Part shown: one piece after another, positions 1 through 7,999 of the stretch
Layout of the letters: each line of letters opens with the position of its first letter
Position numbering within the stretch: the first letter of the stretch is position 1
DNA from: an uncultured Chitinophagaceae bacterium
GTDB taxonomy: Bacteria; Bacteroidota; Bacteroidia; Chitinophagales; Chitinophagaceae
Length of the DNA stretch: 64,000 nucleotides
Reading direction: 5' to 3'
NCBI GenBank assembly: GCA_937900675.1
Contig: CALCEA010000113.1
Coordinates: 5,455 to 69,454 of the forward strand
Position numbers and translations under genes: made by a program
Notes under the pieces: model-generated
What the model saw: only the letters and a program-made list of their open reading frames with translations
Told to the model about the DNA's origin: nothing
Databases searched by the model: none

Positions 1-149
1 ACACCCATCACCTTGCATATAGTCGAAATAAGCGTGGTTTTGCCTGCACCCATTGGCGCATGAAATACCCAAACGGGATGACTCCCATATTGCTCCACCA
101 GTTCCTTTGCAATAGATGGAATTTGCTCCAAACGATACATTTTTTCCAT
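1..149 (-). CDS. tsaE: tRNA threonylcarbamoyladenosine biosynthesis ATPase TsaE (YjeE), N-terminal part, truncated by window edge
   Basis: Not in the ORF track. Reverse translation from ATG at 149 gives MEKMYRLEQIPSIAKELVEQYGSHPVWVFHAPMGAGKTTLISTICKVMG. The P-loop GAGKTT sits at the position typical of TsaE. Confidence 0.7.
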   Translation of the reverse strand, partial: MEKMYRLEQIPSIAKELVEQYGSHPVWVFHAPMGAGKTTLISTICKVMG

Positions 150-175
150 AAAGCAAAGATACAATATAGGAGTTG

Positions 176-183
176 TACCTTTG
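176..183 (+). promoter_or_regulatory. candidate Bacteroidetes -7 promoter box TACCTTTG (TAnnTTTG) for the P-type ATPase gene
   Basis: Exact match to the TAnnTTTG consensus, 18 nt upstream of the ATG at 202. Confidence 0.4.
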
Positions 184-201
184 TAGTATAAATAATTTCT
201 T

Positions 202-2322
202 ATGGAAAATGTACAATTAAAAGTAGATGGAATGAGCTGCACCAATTGTGCTTTATCTATTCACAAATATTTAGAATCTGAAGGAGTCGTTGCGCCAAAA
301 GTAAATTTTATGGAAGGGGAAGTAAATTTTGAACTTCCCTTTGAAGCCAGCAAAGAAAAATTAATTAAAGGCATTAATAGTTTAGGATATAAAGTAAGAG
401 GCTCAGAAGAAAAAATCACTAAAAGATTTTTAGACAATAATAAAGAAAGAGCCATCTTCTGTTTGATTTTTACTTTGCCGTTGATGATTCATATGATTCC
501 TGGTGTACATATTCATTTTTTAATGAACCCCTTCGTACAACTAGGCATTACTCTGCCGGTGTATATTGTGGGAATGAGTTACTTTGGAAAGAGTGCATGG
601 AATAGTATTTTCAAAGGCATTCCTAATATGAATGTATTAGTAGCTATTGGCGCAACTGCAGCATTTGGCTATAGCTTATATGGAACTTTAATCGGACAAG
701 GAGCTGCGTTTGCTTATTACGAAACTGCAGCTACTATTTTAACCCTGGTGTTTTTTGGTAATTATTTGGAAGATGCTTCTATCGAATCCACTCAAAGAGC
801 TTTAAAAGATTTGGTAAAAGCACAGAAAGTAATGGCCAATATGATTGTATTTGACGAGCATCACAAAGAAGTTATTTTCAATGTGGAAAGTAACACCCTT
901 AAAGTGGGTGATATTATTTTAATCAATGCTGGTGAAACAGTTCCCATGGATAGTAAGATTCTGTGGGGAGAAGCTAGTGTAAATGAAGCAATAGTTACCG
1001 GAGAAAGCGTTCCAATTCATAGAAAAACGGGTGAAATTTTATTAGGAGGTAGCACCATTGAAAATGGCACTATTAAAGCTTATGTAACTGCTGTGGGTGA
1101 CGATACGGTGCTTGCTAATATTTTAAAAATGGTGAAGAATGCACAAGGAGAAAAACCGCCTGTGCAAATTTTAGCAGATAAAATTAGTGCGATTTTTGTG
1201 CCACTGGTATTAGGTATTGCAGTGCTTACTTTATTGGGTAACTTTTTCTTTACCTCCATTGGATTTGGAGAAAGTATGTTAAGAGCTATTGCTGTGTTAG
1301 TCATATCCTGTCCTTGTGCGATGGGATTAGCTACACCAGCGGCTATTGCTGTAGGTTTAGGAAGAGGCGCACGCAATGGAGTGATTTTCAAAAATGCCAA
1401 AAGCTTAGAAACTTTTAAAGATATTAAACAGGTTGTTTTTGATAAGACAGGTACATTAACCACAGGACATTTTGTAATTGACAAAGTATATTTTACCAAT
1501 GCCATTGAAGAAGTACAATTCAAAGAACTGGTATACTCTTTGGAAAAATATTCAAATCATCCAATCGCAAAATGTATTAGCACAGAATGGAAAACCAAAA
1601 CAGAAGTTAAATGGAGTACCATAGAAGAAGTAAAGGGATTAGGTATTAAAGCCACCGATAAAGAAGGAAATCATTACTGGGCTGGATCATTCAAAACATT
1701 GGTAGATAAAAATGTAGAAGACGGACACAATATTTATATTCAGAAGAATGACCAATTCATTGGATGGGTGGATGTAGCTGATCAAATAAGACCAGAAGCC
1801 AAAGAAGTGATTGAAACATTGCATCGACAAGGCATTCATACAATTTTATTAAGTGGAGACAGAAAATCTAAATGCGAATTGGTAGGCAATGCCCTGGGCA
1901 TACAAGAAATTATTAGTGAGCAAAGCCCTGCAGATAAATTAAATAAATTAGAAGCACTCACCAAAGCATGTCCTACTGCCATGGTAGGTGATGGTATTAA
2001 TGACGCACCAGCTTTAGCCAAAGCAACCATAGGTATTTCATTAAGCAATGCTTCTCACATTGCTATACAAAGTGCACAAGTGATTTTAATGAATCAAGGA
2101 TTAAAAAACCTACCCATGTCTTTGGGCCTTGGTAGAAGAACCTATGAAACCATTAAAGAAAATCTTACTTGGGCTTTCTCTTATAATATAGTTGCTATTC
2201 CTATTGCAGCAATTGGATTATTAGGAACCTGGGGGCCAACATATGGCGCATTGATCATGGGCTTAAGTGATGTGGTATTGGCTTTAAATTCTTTGAGATT
2301 GTTTAAGAAAAAATTAGTGTAA
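202..2322 (+). CDS. copA: copper-translocating P1B-type ATPase
   Basis: 706 aa. N-terminal HMA domain with GMSCTNCA (CxxC). Also CPC in the TM helix, DKTGT phosphorylation site, GDGINDAP hinge, and N-x6-YN-x4-P (NLTWAFSYNIVAIP) typical of Cu(I) pumps. Confidence 0.9.
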   Translation: MENVQLKVDGMSCTNCALSIHKYLESEGVVAPKVNFMEGEVNFELPFEASKEKLIKGINSLGYKVRGSEEKITKRFLDNNKERAIFCLIFTLPLMIHMIPGVHIHFLMNPFVQLGITLPVYIVGMSYFGKSAWNSIFKGIPNMNVLVAIGATAAFGYSLYGTLIGQGAAFAYYETAATILTLVFFGNYLEDASIESTQRALKDLVKAQKVMANMIVFDEHHKEVIFNVESNTLKVGDIILINAGETVPMDSKILWGEASVNEAIVTGESVPIHRKTGEILLGGSTIENGTIKAYVTAVGDDTVLANILKMVKNAQGEKPPVQILADKISAIFVPLVLGIAVLTLLGNFFFTSIGFGESMLRAIAVLVISCPCAMGLATPAAIAVGLGRGARNGVIFKNAKSLETFKDIKQVVFDKTGTLTTGHFVIDKVYFTNAIEEVQFKELVYSLEKYSNHPIAKCISTEWKTKTEVKWSTIEEVKGLGIKATDKEGNHYWAGSFKTLVDKNVEDGHNIYIQKNDQFIGWVDVADQIRPEAKEVIETLHRQGIHTILLSGDRKSKCELVGNALGIQEIISEQSPADKLNKLEALTKACPTAMVGDGINDAPALAKATIGISLSNASHIAIQSAQVILMNQGLKNLPMSLGLGRRTYETIKENLTWAFSYNIVAIPIAAIGLLGTWGPTYGALIMGLSDVVLALNSLRLFKKKLV

Positions 2323-2325
2323 AGA

Positions 2326-4056
2326 TTGCAAGCAACTGGTACATATAGTAGTCCTCAAGAAATACTGAAAACCTATTGGGGGTATGGTCATTTTAGACCT
2401 CAACAGCTAGAAGTAATTGAAACTGTTTTAGCGGGAAAAGATGTATTAACATTATTGCCCACTGGAGCAGGAAAATCTATTTGCTATCAAATACCTGTGC
2501 TTTGTAAAAAAGGAATAGGTATTGTAATTAGCCCCTTAATTGCATTAATGCAAGATCAAGTAAAAGATTTAAAAGCAAAGAATATCAATGCTATCAATTT
2601 GGGTGGAGAAATTGATTTTTATACCCAGCAAAGAATATTTAAAGATATTCAAGCAGGCATGTATCAATTTATTTATTGCTCCCCTGAAAAATTAGCACAA
2701 AAAAACTTTCAAGATTTTTTACAAAGCATTCCCATTCAATTAATAGCTATAGATGAAGCCCACTGTATTTCTCAGTGGGGTTATGATTTTAGACCTTCTT
2801 ATAGAAAGCTAGATATCATCAAAAAATTATTCCCATCGATTCCTGTATTGGCCATGACTGCTTCTGCGATACCTATGGTACAGGAAGATATGATCAAACA
2901 ACTTCAGTTAAAGCAACCCACTATAATCACTAGTAGTTTTTTAAGACCTAATCTAAGTTATGCAGTTAAAAAAGTAGCAGTCAAATTACATAGTGTAAGA
3001 AGTATTTTAAGTCAAACCAATGGTTCTACTATTATTTATTGCGGCACAAGAAATAATGTTACCCAACTTACCCAATTATTAAAAGCTTATAAATTTAGTG
3101 TAGAAGAATATCATGCAGGATTACCTATACATATTAGAAAAGCTGTTCAAGAATCTTGGATGAATAATCAAACTCAAATTGTAGTTTGTACCAGCGCATT
3201 TGGTATGGGTATTAATAAGCCAGATGTTAGAATGGTGATTCATTATGATATTCCAGGCAGCATTGAACAATACTATCAAGAAGCAGGTAGAGCAGGCAGA
3301 GATGGCAAAGCAGCTGAAGCAATTTTATTATACCAGCAATCCGATTGGGAATATTGGGAGGCTTTACAATCTAAAAAGTTCCCTCCTATCGAGACGATTA
3401 AAAAAGTGTATCAACACTTAGCAGATTTTGTACAATTACCTATTGGCATGGGTGAACAAGACCAATTCCCTTTTGATTTTGAACAATTTTGTTTGGTATT
3501 TGATCTAGATAAAACCATTGCAAGAAATGCTTTACAATGGATTGCCCAAGAAGGACATGTGAAATTCTCTGAAGCTTCTTTTAAACCATCCATGGTGCAA
3601 GTTTTAGGGGATAGAAATACCATTGAGCAATTTGAAAGAAATAATGTGATTGCGGGTACTGTTTTACAAACCTTATTAAGAACTTATGGGGGAATCTTAG
3701 ACAGTCCTCAAATGATTCAAGAAAATCTGTTAGCAGATTTAGTTCAAAGAGATATTTATTTTATTCAAAAGCAATTAATCTATTTAGCAGAACTGGGATT
3801 GATTCATTATCATCAAAAAGAAAACCAACCTATTGTTCAATTTAATTGGAATAGAACTTCTGCTGAATTTATGAAGTTAGATTTGGATCAATATACTGCC
3901 AGAAAAAAAGCTTTCTTGGAAAGAATCAAAGCTTTTGCGCAATACATCCAAGATGCCCACTTAAGCTGTAGAAGTCAGTATTTAGCCCATTATTTTGGAG
4001 AAAAAGACCCTATTTCTTGTAATATTTGTGATATTTGTACAAGTACGAAGGATTAG
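2326..4056 (+). CDS. RecQ-family ATP-dependent DNA helicase (short form, no HRDC domain seen)
   Basis: 576 aa. Motifs: PTGAGKS Walker A, IDEAHCISQWGYDFRPSY (DEAH box), QEAGRAGRDG motif VI, and C-x16-C-x2-C-x2-C at the extreme C-terminus. Apparent TTG start 3 nt after the copA stop; no in-frame ATG precedes the conserved N-terminus. Confidence 0.85.
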   Translation: MQATGTYSSPQEILKTYWGYGHFRPQQLEVIETVLAGKDVLTLLPTGAGKSICYQIPVLCKKGIGIVISPLIALMQDQVKDLKAKNINAINLGGEIDFYTQQRIFKDIQAGMYQFIYCSPEKLAQKNFQDFLQSIPIQLIAIDEAHCISQWGYDFRPSYRKLDIIKKLFPSIPVLAMTASAIPMVQEDMIKQLQLKQPTIITSSFLRPNLSYAVKKVAVKLHSVRSILSQTNGSTIIYCGTRNNVTQLTQLLKAYKFSVEEYHAGLPIHIRKAVQESWMNNQTQIVVCTSAFGMGINKPDVRMVIHYDIPGSIEQYYQEAGRAGRDGKAAEAILLYQQSDWEYWEALQSKKFPPIETIKKVYQHLADFVQLPIGMGEQDQFPFDFEQFCLVFDLDKTIARNALQWIAQEGHVKFSEASFKPSMVQVLGDRNTIEQFERNNVIAGTVLQTLLRTYGGILDSPQMIQENLLADLVQRDIYFIQKQLIYLAELGLIHYHQKENQPIVQFNWNRTSAEFMKLDLDQYTARKKAFLERIKAFAQYIQDAHLSCRSQYLAHYFGEKDPISCNICDICTSTKD

Positions 4057-4134
4057 GTATATTTTAACAAAAGATTGGAAACCCTAATTTTAGAACCATT
4101 GTAAAAAATTGTTTCTTTACATAAAGCAATCAAT

Positions 4135-4833
4135 ATGGAAGACAAGAAAAAATATAAAATACTTCTTTGTGAAGACGATAGCAATCTAGGATTGGTATTA
4201 AAAAATTACCTAGAACTAGACGAGTATGAAGTAACATTAGAAAGAGATGGTCGTTTAGGATTAGCTGCTTTTCAAAGAGAAAAATTTGACCTTTGTTTAT
4301 TAGATGTGATGATGCCTCATATGGATGGCTTTACTCTGGCTGAAGAAATTAGAAATACAGATCCTGATATTCCTTTATTCTTTTTAAGTGCAAAGACATT
4401 AAAAGAAGATATCATCACTGGCTATAAATTAGGTGCGGACGATTATATTACCAAGCCTTTTGATAGTGAAGTGCTTTTAATGAAAATCAAAGCCATTATT
4501 AAAAGAAATGAAGAAGACAATAAAATTGTAGATAACCAAGAGTTTGAATTAGGAAAATATCATTTCAATCCTAAGTTAAGAGAATTGGTATTCAACGGAC
4601 AGGTGCAAGTTTTGTCTCCTAAAGAGAATGAGTTATTAAAAATGCTTTCTGAGCATAAGAATGATTTATTAACTCGAGAGAAAGCCTTGAAAAAAATCTG
4701 GGGCAGTGATACCTACTTCAATGGCAGAAGTATGGATGTGTACATTGCTAAATTGAGAAAGTACTTAAAAGAAGACGAAAAAATTGAAATTGTAAATATT
4801 CACGGAAACGGATTTAGATTAGTGGTAAACTAA
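4135..4833 (+). CDS. OmpR/PhoB-type two-component response regulator (receiver plus winged-helix domain)
   Basis: 232 aa. Receiver motifs: CEDD acidic pocket, LLDVMMP phospho-acceptor Asp, KP in ITKPF. C-terminal trans_reg_C-like domain ([16 protein letters not shown]). Confidence 0.9.
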   Translation: MEDKKKYKILLCEDDSNLGLVLKNYLELDEYEVTLERDGRLGLAAFQREKFDLCLLDVMMPHMDGFTLAEEIRNTDPDIPLFFLSAKTLKEDIITGYKLGADDYITKPFDSEVLLMKIKAIIKRNEEDNKIVDNQEFELGKYHFNPKLRELVFNGQVQVLSPKENELLKMLSEHKNDLLTREKALKKIWGSDTYFNGRSMDVYIAKLRKYLKEDEKIEIVNIHGNGFRLVVN

Positions 4834-5858
4834 AATAATTCCTGCGTATTACCCTGAGTTTTTATTTTCCCTAAATGTTCATACGCCTTGTGGGTGACTT
4901 CTCGTCCACGAGGCGTTCTTTGTAAAAAGCCTTCTTGAATTAAGAATGGTTCATATACTTCTTCAATGGTACCAGACTCCTCACCCACTGCAGTAGCAAT
5001 GGTAGTGATACCAACCGGACCGCCTTTGAATTTTTCAATGATCGCTAATAAAATCCTGTTATCCATTTCGTCTAATCCATGTTCATCCACATTCAATGCC
5101 TTTAATGCATGTTGTGTAATGCCTAAATCAACCTGACCATCATTTAACACCTGTGCAAAATCTCGCACTCTTCTTAATAAACCATTGGCAATTCTTGGTG
5201 TTCCTCTACTTCTTCTAGCAATTTCACCTGCTGCATGACTATCAATTTGTACAGATAATATTTGTGCACTTCTTTCAATGATCTTTTGTAATACAGTAGC
5301 AGGATAATATTCCAATCTTGATTTAATACCAAATCTTGACAATAAAGGGGCAGTTAATAATCCACTTCTAGTAGTAGCCCCTACTAATGTGAATGGATTT
5401 AAATTGATTTGAATACTTCTTGCATTAGGACCACTATCAATCATGATATCAATCTTAAAATCCTCCATGGCAGCATACAAGTATTCTTCTACCACGGTAC
5501 TCAATCGATGTATCTCGTCTATAAACAATACATCATTGGGTTCTAGACTGGTTAACAAACCCGCTAAATCACTAGGCTTGTCAATGACAGGACCAGATGT
5601 TTCTTTGATTTGTACACCCATTTCGTTGGCTACAATTCTACTAAGTGTAGTTTTACCTAAACCCGGAGGGCCATGAAATAAGATATGATCCAAGGGTTCC
5701 CCTCTCATTTTAGCCGCTTTAATAAAGATGCTAATGTTTTCAATTAATTGAGGTTGACCAGAGAATGCATCAATAGCAGTTGGACGAATACTATTTTCAA
5801 ATTCTCTATCCTGAGGATTTAAATTTGGGCTTTCAGCGTCTAAAATAGGATTCGACAT
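4830..5858 (-). CDS. ruvB: Holliday junction branch migration helicase RuvB
   Basis: 342 aa. Contains GPPGLGKTT Walker [10 protein letters not shown] Walker B and [16 protein letters not shown], and is collinear with RuvB along its full length. Confidence 0.95.
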   Translation of the reverse strand: MSNPILDAESPNLNPQDREFENSIRPTAIDAFSGQPQLIENISIFIKAAKMRGEPLDHILFHGPPGLGKTTLSRIVANEMGVQIKETSGPVIDKPSDLAGLLTSLEPNDVLFIDEIHRLSTVVEEYLYAAMEDFKIDIMIDSGPNARSIQINLNPFTLVGATTRSGLLTAPLLSRFGIKSRLEYYPATVLQKIIERSAQILSVQIDSHAAGEIARRSRGTPRIANGLLRRVRDFAQVLNDGQVDLGITQHALKALNVDEHGLDEMDNRILLAIIEKFKGGPVGITTIATAVGEESGTIEEVYEPFLIQEGFLQRTPRGREVTHKAYEHLGKIKTQGNTQELF

Positions 5859-5876
5859 ATCTGTTGATTAATTCAA

Positions 5877-7982
5877 TTATTTAGTAGCAGGAACTGGCTT
5901 CTCTAATAAATGAGTATAAATGAATTTTGTTTTTAAATCTGCAAAATGTTTTCCTTTTGCACCACCCCATCCATGTCTACCACCTGGATACAACATGAAT
6001 TCAACTTCTTTACCATTATCCTGTAATGCACTTAATAATTGAATAGAGTTTTGCATATGTACATTATCATCTGAAGTTCCATGTACTAACTGCAATACAC
6101 CTTTGAAGTTTTTAATATGGGTCATCACAGATCCAGACTTGTATCCTTCTGGATTTTCTTTTGGCGTATCCATGAATCTTTCCGTATAATGTGAGTCATA
6201 CAATTCCCAAGCAGTTACACTTCCTCCAGCCATTGCATGTGTAAATACAGAAGAACCGAATGTTAAAGCATAACAACTCATGTATCCACCATAGCTAAAT
6301 CCAGTGATGGCGATTTTCTTTGGATCTGCATGTCCATTTTCAATGAACCATTTTGCCATGGTCATATAATCTGTCATTTCCCAGTAACCTAAATTGCGAT
6401 ACATATAGTTCACCCCTTCTTTACCAAAGTGTCCACTCGCTCTATGGTCAAATGCTACTTGAATCAATCCATCTTTTGCCAATGGTTCTTTATAGGCAGG
6501 ATTAGTCCAGTTATCCATCACTGTTCCTGCGCTAGGACCGCCATAGATACTTACTAGCATTGGATACTTTTTATTTGGATCCATATTTTTTGGCCAAGTA
6601 ACTAATGCTGGTAATTCATATAAACCATCTGCACTTTTAATTCTAATTAATTCTGTTTTTGCATAGTCTTCTGCTTTAAAACTTGAATCTACTGCTGTTC
6701 CAATGTTTTCTACTGCAGGCTCTCCTTTTTTAGGTATGTCAAAAATAGATAAGGCAGTTGGTGTTGTTGCATTGCTGTATAATCCTACGAAATGTTTTGC
6801 ATCTGGCGACAAATTCACTTGACTATAATTAAAGTTGCCTTTAGATAATCTCTTTAAATTTTTACCATCAAATCCAATACTATAAAAATCCACTCTTGCT
6901 GTATTTTCAATACCTCTTGCAGTGAAATAGATAGTCTTCGTTTTTTCTTCTATTAATTTAATACTGGTAACAGTGTATTTTCCATTGGTAATAGGATTGA
7001 TCAAGTTGCCATTGATATCATATAAATATAATTGATTCCAACCAGTAGCATCTGATTGTGCAATATATCCTTTGTTATTAGCTAAGAAATTAATTCTGCC
7101 ACTCACTCTATCTTCTAAATCGATCCAAGTTTTTTGATATTCTTTATAAACTTCTTTCTTTGCTCCAGTAGCCATATCTAATTCGTAGATCTTTAAATTG
7201 TTTTGTCCACGATCCATCCATGACATCCACATGCTGTTATTATTTGGATTCCAAATAGGCCATCCAAAATATTGATCTTCTTGCTCATTAAAATCTGCCC
7301 AAGTAATATTGCCACCGGTTGGACTAGTCCATCCAATTTTCACAGTTGGGTTAGGATCTCCTGCTTTAGGATATCTTGTTTCTTCAATAAAACCATGTTG
7401 TCCATCACTATTGTAAATAGGGAACATTGGCACTTCACGCTCATCAAAGCGCATAAAAGAAATATACTTACTGTCAGGGCTCCACCAAAATGCTCGGTAC
7501 TGAGTAGGGCGACCAAATATTTCTTCAAAATATACCCAGCTTGCATAACCATTTAAAATACCTTTTGTGTTTTCTGAAGTGATAGCGTGTTCTTTCTTGT
7601 CAGATAAACTAATAGTATATAAATTATTGTTTTTTGTATAACCTACAAAGTTGCCGTCTGGAGAAAGCGTTGGATTCTTTTCCTCCACTGCATCAAATGT
7701 CAATTGAGTCTCTGTACCATTTTCTTTTAAATAAATATTAGCATTTTTAACTATTACAGTTTTTTCTGTCGCAGGTAAAGCAGCAGCTGGAGCTGCAACA
7801 TATTGCTTGGTCTTTATATTGTATAGATACTCTTTAGCGGTAGTTTCCTTATTTAACTTAGTGCTCACTAAAATTTGTTCATTATCTACCCAACGAATAA
7901 ATCTTGGAAGATTATTACTAGGCATTTGTGCATTCACACATACCATCACAAAAAGACCAACACTTAAAAATACTTTTTTCAT
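5877..7982 (-). CDS. S9B family dipeptidyl-peptidase IV-like serine peptidase, secreted
   Basis: 701 aa. Signal peptide, DPPIV N-terminal beta-propeller signature (AFWWSPDSKYISFMRFDE), and nucleophile elbow GFSYGG with a C-terminal Asp/His region. Confidence 0.85.
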   Translation of the reverse strand: MKKVFLSVGLFVMVCVNAQMPSNNLPRFIRWVDNEQILVSTKLNKETTAKEYLYNIKTKQYVAAPAAALPATEKTVIVKNANIYLKENGTETQLTFDAVEEKNPTLSPDGNFVGYTKNNNLYTISLSDKKEHAITSENTKGILNGYASWVYFEEIFGRPTQYRAFWWSPDSKYISFMRFDEREVPMFPIYNSDGQHGFIEETRYPKAGDPNPTVKIGWTSPTGGNITWADFNEQEDQYFGWPIWNPNNNSMWMSWMDRGQNNLKIYELDMATGAKKEVYKEYQKTWIDLEDRVSGRINFLANNKGYIAQSDATGWNQLYLYDINGNLINPITNGKYTVTSIKLIEEKTKTIYFTARGIENTARVDFYSIGFDGKNLKRLSKGNFNYSQVNLSPDAKHFVGLYSNATTPTALSIFDIPKKGEPAVENIGTAVDSSFKAEDYAKTELIRIKSADGLYELPALVTWPKNMDPNKKYPMLVSIYGGPSAGTVMDNWTNPAYKEPLAKDGLIQVAFDHRASGHFGKEGVNYMYRNLGYWEMTDYMTMAKWFIENGHADPKKIAITGFSYGGYMSCYALTFGSSVFTHAMAGGSVTAWELYDSHYTERFMDTPKENPEGYKSGSVMTHIKNFKGVLQLVHGTSDDNVHMQNSIQLLSALQDNGKEVEFMLYPGGRHGWGGAKGKHFADLKTKFIYTHLLEKPVPATK

Positions 7983-7999
7983 ATAGCGTATTTAAAAAA

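Noticed and set aside
1080-1523. 147-aa ORF on the minus strand inside copA
   Set aside because: It is a shadow ORF within a gene whose plus-strand product has every P-type ATPase motif. The product is low-complexity with no recognisable features.
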